DNA of 63,145 nucleotides, counting the filler, from Folioceros fuciformis (Eukaryota): assembly GCA_049999805.1 (NCBI GenBank). It is 4 parts of 3 records of this genome, joined end to end, with 100 filler letters (N's around TTAATTAATTAA, not from the genome) between each part and the next. Parts side by side here need not be neighbours in the genome. Positions count along the whole stretch, not along the records: positions 1 to 28,359 come from JBNGIO010006258.1; 3 more parts are not named here. One strand, given 5' to 3'. The position numbers and the translations under genes were made by a program. The notes under the pieces were generated by a model that saw only the letters and a program-made list of their open reading frames with translations, ran no database searches and was not told where the DNA came from. Below, one piece after another: positions 11,548 through 24,583 of the stretch (position 1 is its first letter; every line of letters begins with the position of its first letter).

Positions 11548-14500
11548 TCAGTCCGAGAAAAGACTGCACACCTCCTGAGGCACGTCAGGTACATGATCGA
11601 ACTTCCTCAGAATGCTGCCCGTCATCCTGTCCGGAGCACAACCCACTGACTTCATCTCTCGGAATAACCTGCGTGCCTCAGCATATAACCCAACATTTCC
11701 CAGGGCCTCCATGACGGTGTTGTAGGTGACCAGATCCGGAACACACCCATCTTGTCTCATACGTGCAATCAGACCCTGCGCTTCCATAACCAGGCCAGCC
11801 CTGCACAGCCCAGCGGTTAATGTGTTGTACATCATCAGATCTGATGTGTATTTCTTGGCCCTCATAACCTCATAAAGCGACCACGCTTCCAGCACTCTGT
11901 CAGCGTGGCATAATCCGTGGATTAACGTGGAGTAGGTGACAACATCTGGCAGTACACCCGCATTCTCCATGTCCTTCAGCAGGTCCAAAGCCTCCTCTAC
12001 TTGGTCAGCTTTCCTTAGTGCATTCATCATCGTATTATATGTAACCACATCCTTGGCCACCTCCTGATCACCCATCTCCCAAAACAAGTTCCTTGCCTCA
12101 TCTAGTCGACTCAGTCTGCCCAGACAATCGACTAGAGTATTGTATGTCACAACACTTGGGACAATGCGATTTTGCTTCATCTCCTCGAACAGTTCTAGTG
12201 CTGTGTCTAGCTCACCTGACTTCCCTAGCCTATTCACCAATATCGTGTATGCAACAGCATCTGGTACGCAGCCCCTGCCTTTCATCTCGCTGTAAAATCG
12301 CAATGCCTCAGCGATATCCCCCCGATACCCAATTCCATTGATGAGTGCACTGTATGTGAAGCTATCCGGAGATAAACCCTTTTTCTTCATGTCATCAAGG
12401 AGGCTGTAAGCCTCAGCCAGCTCTCCAGCTTTGCCAAGGGCATTGATGAGGAGGTTGTAAGTGATGACATCAGGTGCACAACCTTGCTGTTGCATCCCAG
12501 AGAACACGTACAAAGCCTTCTTCAACTGGCCAGCCCTACTTAGACCATGTATAAGAGCATTGTAGGTAACAGTGTCCGGTATGCAGCCACACTTCCACAT
12601 TTCCGCGAACAGTTGTAAGGCCTTGTCGATCTGCTCCTCCTTGCCCATGCCATCTATAAGGATGTTGTAAGTTATGGTGTTTGGGAGACATCGCTTTTGC
12701 TTCATCTCCTCAAACATGTCGGTGGCCAGCTTCATCTTCCTTGCTTTTACCAAGGCACTGATTGCTATGTTGAAGGTGACCTGATTCGGTGTACAACCCG
12801 ATCTTTCCATATCTCTAAAGAGGTTGCAGGCGTCCTCCAACTTACCTGCCTTCGAAAATGCAGTGATCAGCACGTTGTAACTAAACACGTTTGGGACATG
12901 GCAACCAGCCTTCATCTCCTGGAGAATGTCGGAAGCCTTATCTGTCTGCCCGGCTTTGCAGAAAGCATCGAGAAGGATGGTATAAGTGACAGCATCAGGA
13001 CTGAATCCTCTTTTTCTCGCTTGTTCCATGTGTGCGTACCCTGCGTCTGGACTACCAGATCTACAAAGACCATGGATGAAGGAGTTGTGCGTCACGGTAT
13101 TGGGAGCACACCCAGCAACCTCCATCTGCTTGAACAGGCCCCGAGAATCAGCCAACCGTCCAGCTTTCCCAAATCCAGCCATGAGGATGTTGAAGGTCAC
13201 AACGTTCGGTTCGCAGTTCATCTCCTTCATCTCTTCGACCAGCTCCAGCGCCACATCCATTTCTCCGATCTTGCCACATCCATCAATAAGCATATTGTAA
13301 ATAAGTGAATTTGGAATCAACCCGACAGCCTTCAGCGCTTGGAGCAGCTCAAGACCCTCGCTCACCCTCTTGCTTTTGCAATACCCGTAGATGAGGCTAC
13401 CATACGTAGCCACATTGGGAGCACACCCGCTGCCTTGCATTACTTGGAAGAGCTGGGCAGCTTCATCCACCTTGCCCACCTTTGCCAAGCAATCAATCAA
13501 GCTGTTGTAAGTGGCAATGTCAGGTTGGCATCCTGCAGCCAGCATGTCTTCGTACACCTGTTGAGCAGCTGCATGGGATTTGCATTTCCCCAGCAGATCA
13601 AGCACTTGATTGTAATGCACCGCGGTGGGTTCATAACCGAGAGCCTGCAATCTCTGCAAGGCGGTCACTGCTCCATCTCCATTCCTAACCTTCCCATAAC
13701 TGCCCAGTATTGCAGTGATGGTAGCAGCAGCCTTTTCACAGCCTGCACCGTGCATCTCTTCCACCAAGTTCCACAAAGCTACGAAATCTGCCACGTTCCC
13801 CAGCTTCTGAATCATGGAGCTGTAGGTGAGGAAGTTGTGATTGTACCCCTCTTGCTGCCTGGCCCAGTTGAAAAATTTGGAGCAGATATTCACATCCTCC
13901 TGTTCCCGGAGAACTTCGCCAACCTGGAATGGGGTGAGACGGATATTCAGCTGGTCCAGTGCCCTGACCATGTCATCATCCCACTCGGAGTCACCCAGTA
14001 TTCTCAGCAAATCCTTCACCGACTGTTCCTCGTCCTGTTGGGATAACGGCCTGCTGGTGGAGCCAGACGCTTTGACGCTCACAAGCTTGTCTTCCACAGG
14101 TGTTTCACCCCAGCTAAGACTGCGCCACTGTTCAATCCCTCCTTTTCCTGTGCCAGCAGGGAATCCCTGCTTCGAGTGCGGAGGAGGGTTGCTTGACCTG
14201 TTGGAGGGCGTCCGCAGCTCCAGTCTCATGGAGGTTGCCTCTCCTCCTGTGAAAGTGAAAGCAAAGCAGCAGACACTGATGCAGGACATGGATGTTGCAC
14301 CTGAATTACAAGCAGTTCTCGACACTAACAAATCCATGTGAAACACCTGCGCTTGCAGCATGGCTTAATGCAAGCTCCCCCCCACGTCCATGGCGAGGGA
14401 CTCCATTCGGATCACTCAAGTACAGTGCTGAAGGAAGTCTGGGGAACGGGATACGGACGACGTTGTCAGGGCAGCGGGAATACAGAACGATGGTGGTTCC

Positions 14501-14566
14501 TTGATAATGATATGTTTCCTTCTGCGACGGCTGATAAGGTAGCAGCTTCTGACTGCAGATGGGCAT
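11548..14566 (-). CDS. P-class pentatricopeptide repeat protein (~21 repeats); exons 14566-14347 (start tentative) and 14246-11548
   Basis: Tandem 35-aa motifs (VTYN.LI.GL.K.G...EA..LF.EM...GC.PD) with no E/DYW domain. A phase-1 intron CAG|GTGTTT...TTTCACAG|GA joins the upstream ORF in frame. Confidence 0.93.
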
Positions 14567-14601
14567 GATTTCTGTTTAATGGGCGGCGTCGCACCAGGAT
14601 C

Positions 14602-16614
14602 ATGACTTGCTGGATCCGCCAACGATCCACCCGACAAGTTGCGTGTCTCCTCCAGCTCGGAGCTATACGATTCAGTGGTCCCTTAACGCATGCGGCTGTC
14701 CCCAGCATAGGAAGGAGACTTGATTGGGAAAGGCTCCGATGGTTTGCTACAGAGCAGACTGACGTGTTGGGGACAGTGGATGGACAGGATGGAGGAGCTG
14801 TGGAGAAGCAGCACGCAGCAGCTGTATCTTCTTGCAACAGTCGGAGCTCTGCCAGGGAGGCGGCCCGGAGGGCTCTTTTGGATTACCTTCATCTGCGCAA
14901 GCAGATTCCATTGAAGGAAGCTCTCCAAATCACTGCAAATGCACCAATGTTTGTGAGTCAACTGGTGTTGGCTGCCAACAATTACCGGGCATCTGTTCTT
15001 GGACGGGTGAGTGCTGAGGGTGTCGATGTCAGCCAGAGGGCTGTAATGGACGAGTACTTGAAGAAGTTTGAGGTAAGTGAACTGGAGCCGTTTCTGGAAA
15101 GCATAGGGATGAAACCAGATGAATTTGATGGCAGTAGTCTAGGGTTCTGCTTGCATGGGGATCATGGCCTTCTATTAAGCACCAACTTCCTGGAGAGTAT
15201 TGGAATTCATAGAGGCAAGTTGTGGAAGCTGTTGGAACGTGACAAGCAGCTGCTCACATGTTCTGCAAGTCAGCTCAGTATCTGTGTTCGTTCTCTGTTA
15301 GAGCTCGGAGTTGAGAACAAGAACCTTCCTGGTCTTGTGGAGGTGTACCCTCCCCTGCTTAGAATCAACGTCCAGGAGAGATTGCAGGAGATGCTGAAAT
15401 ACTTTGAGGAAGTTGGACTTGAGAGGAGCCTCATCGCAGCCTTGCTGAAGAGCAATGCTGAAAGGGTGGTACAGGTGGGAAATGCCAACTTCATGGAAAA
15501 CATCGCGCACCTTAGCTCCATGGGGGTATCGGACAAACAACTGTTGACGATTCTGCGAAGAAACCCTCAGGTGTTGGTGATGGACCTCGAGACTGACATA
15601 TTGCCCAAAATTGCCGTTCTGGAAGATCTTGGTCTTGGCCTTGTGAGCATCAACAACTTGTTTGCTTCATTTCCTGCCGTTTTGAGTTACAGTATGGACC
15701 AGAATCTGCTGCCAAAAATAAATTTTTTGCTGGAGGTGGGGGTGGAAAGGAAGGTGATTTGCGACATGCTTGAGCGATGTCCTGCAATTCTTGGTAAGAA
15801 CATCACCAAAGCGTTTGCACAAAAGATCAAGTTTCTCGAGGCAGCAGGGGTGAAGAAGGAGAACATGGGTCTTGTAATCCAAAGATCTCCGACTTTGCTT
15901 TGTATGAGCATCAAGAACAACATGAGCCCCAAAATCCAGTTTTTGGAAAGCATCGGTCTGGAGAAGGAGAGCGTTGGCATAGCTATCACTAGGCATCCTG
16001 CCCTTTTCGAGTGCAGCATGGAGGACAATTTGAAGCCTACAGTGGCTTTTCTCCAAAAAATGGGCTTTACTGGAGGTAAACTTGCGAAACTCATCACCTG
16101 GAAGCCTTCAGTGTTGTCGCGGGCTATCGATGGGAGCCTTCAGAACATTATGAACTTTCTCCTCCGCATGGGTTTGAAGCCTGGAAGTATTGCAATGGCT
16201 AGGGGTTTGATCACTTGTGTCTCCTTCTCCATCTCCACCATGGAACGCAGAGTGAACCACCTAGTAAGTTTGGGCTTCTCCCACGACGTTGCTTATGAGA
16301 TGATACGGAAGCAGCCGTCTCTTCTCGCTTTGAGTGAAACCAAGATCAGGGACAAGTATCTTTTCATCTCGCAAGCTCTGAACCTTGAGAAATTGGAGGT
16401 TGGGTTGATCGCCCTGCTTTTGACATTCAGCCTTGAGAAGAGACTGAAACCTCGAGTGAGAGTCTTGTCTTCGCTAAGATCGAATGGTCTGCTCACGAAA
16501 GAGTATGCCATTTCCACCACCATGAACATGTCTAATCAACAGTTCTGCGATACATTTGTGAAGGGGTTCCCCGTAGTAAATACCATTTTTGAGAAAGTTG
16601 CTGCAAGCCTGTGA
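14602..16614 (+). CDS. mTERF family protein, intronless, 670 aa
   Basis: Repeated motifs such as ILRRNPQVLVMDLETDILPKIAVLEDLGL, C-terminal FSLEKRLKPR, and an Arg-rich presequence-like N-terminus. Confidence 0.93.
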   Translation: MTCWIRQRSTRQVACLLQLGAIRFSGPLTHAAVPSIGRRLDWERLRWFATEQTDVLGTVDGQDGGAVEKQHAAAVSSCNSRSSAREAARRALLDYLHLRKQIPLKEALQITANAPMFVSQLVLAANNYRASVLGRVSAEGVDVSQRAVMDEYLKKFEVSELEPFLESIGMKPDEFDGSSLGFCLHGDHGLLLSTNFLESIGIHRGKLWKLLERDKQLLTCSASQLSICVRSLLELGVENKNLPGLVEVYPPLLRINVQERLQEMLKYFEEVGLERSLIAALLKSNAERVVQVGNANFMENIAHLSSMGVSDKQLLTILRRNPQVLVMDLETDILPKIAVLEDLGLGLVSINNLFASFPAVLSYSMDQNLLPKINFLLEVGVERKVICDMLERCPAILGKNITKAFAQKIKFLEAAGVKKENMGLVIQRSPTLLCMSIKNNMSPKIQFLESIGLEKESVGIAITRHPALFECSMEDNLKPTVAFLQKMGFTGGKLAKLITWKPSVLSRAIDGSLQNIMNFLLRMGLKPGSIAMARGLITCVSFSISTMERRVNHLVSLGFSHDVAYEMIRKQPSLLALSETKIRDKYLFISQALNLEKLEVGLIALLLTFSLEKRLKPRVRVLSSLRSNGLLTKEYAISTTMNMSNQQFCDTFVKGFPVVNTIFEKVAASL

Positions 16615-17272
16615 GGCCGCAGTGATGAATTTTTTTTGCAGGGTTCCTCTTGCTGGTCACGAGCTCATCTTGTTTCTCCCATCCTTGTCCAAGGTTTCTA
16701 GTGGAGTCCGAGGGTCTCTTGCTATTGGGTCACCCAGGATCTTTTCTCGAGGGGTCACGTCATGCTTCTGCCAGTGTGTGAGATTTCACAAAGAATAATA
16801 TAGCCAGGATAGCAAAGAAGATGTCGTCAAGGTCTTAGGACACAGATAGGTCGAGATAGGCTCATTCTATAGTAGCATATGCTTTACTTCGCTGGAACCA
16901 TGGATAAGAGCCACGAGATGCAACAAGAAGCTCAAGGTCTCAAAAGTTGGATGTCCTTGCAAAGATTCATGATCGTTAACAATCTGTCTCTTCTCCACCT
17001 TACATGTTGTACGACTGCTGCAGACCGGAGGCTACCACTCCTTGCTCACCAAGAAACCATAGCTGATTCATTCTTGAGCAATTCTATTCCTGGCATCTTT
17101 GTAGGAATGCGAAGAATATTGGTCCTTTTCAAGGACCATTATTGACGCAATAATTGTTGGGAGAACTCCTGGTCGTAAATCCCGCTGCGTCTTGTTCCGG
17201 AGTATGTAAGCTCCTTTGATAGCTTGTGCGTCACGCTCTGTGACGATAGCCCGAAGCCCGACTGGCGTTATC

Positions 17273-18878
17273 ATGGCCTCGAAGTGCAGTTGGCTGTGCC
17301 TTTTGGCAGTTGTTGCTGTAATCTCCGTGGAGGCGACACCAAGTGAAGAACTCGTGACACCTGTTCAGGGCAGGACGTTTGATTACTTCAGCTTGGTGCA
17401 GCAGTGGCCGGGAACCTACTGCGAAAACTCCAACACTTGTTGCGAGAAGTAGGAATCCGGTTCTGCTATGCTGCAGCCTCACACGTTTCTGATTGCCGAA
17501 CATGATGTGTGATAGTGAAACTTTGTATGCTGTACTGAATGGCGGAGTCTGTCTCGAAGAACTGATGGTGCTGTCATACGGTGTGTTGTTTGCCACCTCT
17601 CAGGTTGACGGAGCCTGTGGAGTTCTCAATCCGTAAGCTCTATCCAGCCTTCTATTTGTGTTCCTACGCCATGGTAACATGGTTTTTTTTTTTCCCCGCA
17701 AATCTCGGTTTCAGTCTTCCTTTTGTACATCTTCTTGTGCAGATGGACTGTGGCCGGATTACGATGACGGCACATGGCCCGAATGCTGCGAAGGTCCTGC
17801 ATGGAGTGATGCAGCGGTAGAAAATCTGATGCAGAAGGACACTGACGTTTCTGTATGCCTTCCTCTCGTCACGTGGCTGTGGAGCTGATCCGGTTCACTT
17901 GGCTCTGCGTGTTGGTCCAGATTGAACCACTGCGGGAAAGGCTTGATAAGTACTGGCCATCACTGAGCTGCTCCAACACCTCCTTGTGCTTCAGTAACCA
18001 GAAGGGATCCTTCTGGCAACACGAGGTCCTTGTTTGCCTGCCTGCCTTATCCAACTTCAGCAACGCTGCTCTTTGAATTAATCTTTGACCTTGAGAACTG
18101 CCGGACTTTGCCAGCTAACCCTACCTTATGCCTGTGCATTCATTCTTCCTGGGAAATGCCTTGTCGATGTCATTCTGAGACCATCAGTGGGGTGAGTTGC
18201 AGCTCAGATTCCAAGCTCAGCTTTTTTGGCACCGCTATGCACTGGCAGTAGCAGTAGGCTTTTGTCATAACAGCTGGATTACTTGAATCTTGCAGAGAAG
18301 CACGGAACTTGTTCCGCTCCAGTCATCACCGACGTGTACAGTTACTTCGCAGTGACCCTTGATCTGCAAAGCAAGTACTCGCTTTCGGTATGCCTTTCCA
18401 ACTGGAACAAATAGCTGAGCGCGTCCTATTCACAAAAACGAACGGCCTTGACGCTCTTGCCTTGCAGGAAACTCTAACCGAGGCTTCATGTGCGTGTGCA
18501 GACAATCCTCAACAACGCAGGATTTGTGCCAGACAGCAACAAGAAATACACTACGTCAGATATCACTGCCGCAATCTATGGTTACGTCGGAGCCACGCCG
18601 TCGCTATCCTGCTCAGGCGGTCAGATCGTGGAAATTGGAATCTGCTTCTACAAGGACTTCTCTGTAAGTTCCTCCCCAGCCTTATCCATCTCGTATCAAA
18701 GTAGGGAGGGGGTGTTCCCACACTTGTTGACATGTTTACGTCCGGTTTTGCGCTGCAGCCTAGAGATTGCGGGGTCTTGTCAGCTTCTCGCCGGTCTGCA
18801 GACTTTCTTAAAGGTTCGTCCTGCCCTCTAGAGACATTGATTCCAGCGTTTGGCTCCAAGGGATTTGCGAGTTCTTAG
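17273..18878 (+). CDS. RNS2: Class II (RNS2-like) ribonuclease T2; exons 17273-17448, 17604-17632, 17743-17816, 17921-18025, 18188-18191, 18296-18387, 18502-18663, 18759-18878
   Basis: Signal peptide, FDYFSLVQQWPGTYC, CAS I FSIHGLWP and CAS II FWQHEWEKHGTC are restored by splicing. All introns are GT-AG and in phase. Confidence 0.92.
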
Positions 18879-19133
18879 ATACTCAGACTGGAAGATCTCC
18901 TTCCCCCAGTTCCCCGCCGTCCCCTCCCCCATATTATTTATGCTGAGGGGGAGGAATAATTGCCCCTCCTGTGGCAAGTTCGTCTTTGAATCCAATTGCT
19001 GCCATGTTGTCAACACCGACGTTGACATACTTTGTATGCTTTCCCAGCTTGGTTCATGTCTCGTCCCAACGGTCTGTCTGTGTATAAGGCTGTGCAAATG
19101 ACATGATTTTTTGCATAGGCCATGGACCTCCTT

Positions 19134-19153
19134 ATATATATATATATATATAT
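19134..19153. repeat. (TA)n microsatellite
   Basis: Visible AT dinucleotide run. Confidence 0.9.
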
Positions 19154-19219
19154 TTACGTAGTAAATTGTACATGGCACAGCTCATCTCACTTCCCCTCCT
19201 TGTCCGTTGAATAGCTTGA

Positions 19220-19936
19220 CTACTGTGCTTGTACCTTCGTACGTCCTGCCCGGCCAGTCGTTTCGATTGCTGTGTTGCTGGTAGTTTCGCTTCTCGCAGA
19301 TGCCTTTGTAGATTTGAGTTTCTCCTCTTCTTCCTCCTCCTCTTCCTCGTCGTCTTCCTGTACCTCCTCGTCCTTATGCGCCTCATCCTCTTCCTCAAGT
19401 TCCTGCTCCTCCTCCACCTCTTCCTCATCCTCCTCCTCTTCTTCGTCCTCTTCGTCTTCCTCCTCCTCCTCCTCACCCTTCTTCCCCGTCTTTCCCTTTG
19501 CAGGCTTCTTAGCCACATCCGAGAGCTCGGCCTTGGTCTTATACTTGGCCTCGTCTATCTTGATTCCCTTCTCCCTGGCAGCCTCCTCCCCGGACTTGTC
19601 CTTCCTGGACAGCCCTCCCTTCCTTCCCATTTCCCGGTACCCCTCCTTCCCAAGCTGCTCTGCCCTCCTCCTGCCCCCTTTCCTCGCACCCTCCTTCAAC
19701 CGCTCCTGCACAGCAGCACCTCATCATCGTCAGAGCCCAAGTTAAATGTAGCTGCTCACTCTCTCCAACACCGTCAGCAGTGTCGGTACCTGAGCATCAG
19801 GAGACATGAGTCCCTTGCTCTCCACATCGTCATCCGAGGGCTCCGGCCGTGAGCCATCAGATCTGGTCAGCCCCCCCTTGGTGGCTCCCTTTTTGAGCTT
19901 CATCTGGGCCTCCTCCGACATGGGTCCCTCCGACAT
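19220..19936 (-). CDS. Em-like group 1 LEA (LEA_5) protein with poly-Glu/Asp tail; exons 19936-19790, 19705-19220
   Basis: [58 protein letters not shown] matches the Em core. Phase-0 GT-AG intron. Confidence 0.88.
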
Positions 19937-20219
19937 GGTACTGGACTGCACGAGTCCAATTCAACCTTCCCTTCCCTTCCTCTCCCTCCCTTGTGTGCCC
20001 CACAGAAGGGCAACGACGGCAAAGGCAAAACAGCACAAACAGGGCAGATCAGACAGTAGGACCACAGACGAGTCTGTGACTGACATAAGATAAGGCTCAC
20101 ATCCAGAGCCTGGAAGCTCGGCTGTGTCATCTTAAAGGAACGTCTGGGCCAACACGGCGGGTCTGCGGCGAGCAGGGCTACTTGGCAGCTGGATGGGAAC
20201 ATGCAAACACCAGCAGCCC

Positions 20220-20244
20220 CCACGTAACCTGCTCAGAGCCACGT
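20220..20244 (-). promoter_or_regulatory. Pair of ABRE-like elements upstream of the Em-like gene
   Basis: The minus strand reads TACGTGGC and TACGTGGG about 300 bp upstream of the ATG, typical of Em promoters. Confidence 0.5.
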
Positions 20245-20366
20245 AACCAAGATCCGCAAATGCAAGCACGCCACGAGGTAGGAGTGGGGAACTCCAGTTT
20301 CCCTGCTCATGAAGACCAGAAGAGAGCGGGACCGGTATGAGATTTCGCAACGTCATGAATTCACGT

Positions 20367-21834
<1,468 letters not shown>

Positions 21835-22080
21835 GCCCGTCGCCTGCATTGGTAGCCATGAACAGAACGTCATCTTCCAACCTGCTGCTGACAATCAGCC
21901 GTGAAAATCAGCCAGGGTAGTTGCTCACACTCTCCCGACCCAAGCGCCGCCACACGACGAGGTCCTTGGTTGTTCGCAGGGAGAAGTGATCCAGTATTTC
22001 AGCACAGACGTCCACGTTTGCTACCACGGGACAATTTCATCCCAACTCATTCTCCTCCAAGCATCCAGATTCTCGTCACA

Positions 22081-22134
22081 CAAAAAATATTCTGACAGAT
22101 CGGTACCCAAAAAATATTCTAACAGATCGGTACC
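22081..22134. repeat. 27-bp tandem duplication in the intergenic spacer
   Basis: CAAAAAATATTCT(G/A)ACAGATCGGTACC x2. Confidence 0.85.
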
Positions 22135-22374
22135 CAAACCATGCCACGTCCTGACAAAAGCTCTCAAAGCGGCATCGGTTTTCACAATTCTGAATTTGGT
22201 ATATTGCACATGTACAGACCGTCTTGACTGCAATGGTATCGGAGGCGGCAACACAAATCCAGCCCACCACGATGCCGTTTGGCCGTAGTGGGAATGTTTT
22301 GCACCAGGTGCCAACGCCGGCTTTTTGACACCTGATCAGGTGATGAGAATAAGGCCCTGAGGCAAGGGGCCTGG

Positions 22375-23826
<1,452 letters not shown>

Positions 23827-24583
23827 GCTACCTTCTTTCTACCCTGCGCCTGCATCCAGCATGCATGGATGACATCTCCCGTTCTCGTCAATTTGTCATT
23901 TGGGTTGTTCACATGGTTGACGAAACGAAACCCAGGAATTTCAGGAGCTCACCTCGCGGCCGCAGCACCAGAAATGCGAAGAAAGCCTACACCCGCCTAC
24001 TGTCCTAAGGCCCCAACCTCCCCCTTTATGGCTACACCTCGAACTCTTCGAACTTTCTGGACAGCTCTTAATTGAGGGAAGCTCCTTTTGCACTTAAGGA
24101 CATGGTGCATCACACACATCTCGAGGTGTGAAGCTCAGGATAGGGTTGTACCAAAGGCCTGTCCCTAGGACTAAACAAGGACTCCTCGTGATCCACAGTC
24201 CATGTTCCAAGTCAGGAGATGGTGCCAAAGCCCGATATGTGTGACAGCTGGGCATGAAATGAGTCAGTGCTCGGGACTTTGTCTGTTGGAATCCTGGTAA
24301 CACCGTAGGAGGTACACCTTCTCACCCACCATATGGTCTCAAGCATGCCTGTCGTCCGGACCGGACAACAGGAGAGGATGCTGGAATGGCAACCATGTTT
24401 GTTTAGCCCCGCTGGATTCTACGTTTCAAAGGTCAACTATCTAAGCGTCCTGATAAGGCGAACTATGCCGAAATATGTTTTTCATTGTCTTCTTCCTCAA
24501 GGGCCTGCCGAATCAAGCAGGCAGCTGCACTCACAGATTGTCGGATCTGGGAGATAAAAGGGTAGGGAAGGAAGCGGGTCCTT

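Noticed and set aside
12697-14341. Several long plus-strand ORFs inside the PPR gene
   Set aside because: Antisense shadows of the repeat CDS.
14247-14361. PPR start at 14361 as given in the ORF track
   Set aside because: Most of this stretch is bounded by a GT donor and a polypyrimidine-AG acceptor and is better explained as an intron.
19132-19852. Poly-Ser, poly-Leu/Phe and poly-Arg ORFs
   Set aside because: Alternative frames of the GAG/GAA tract encoding the Em acidic tail.
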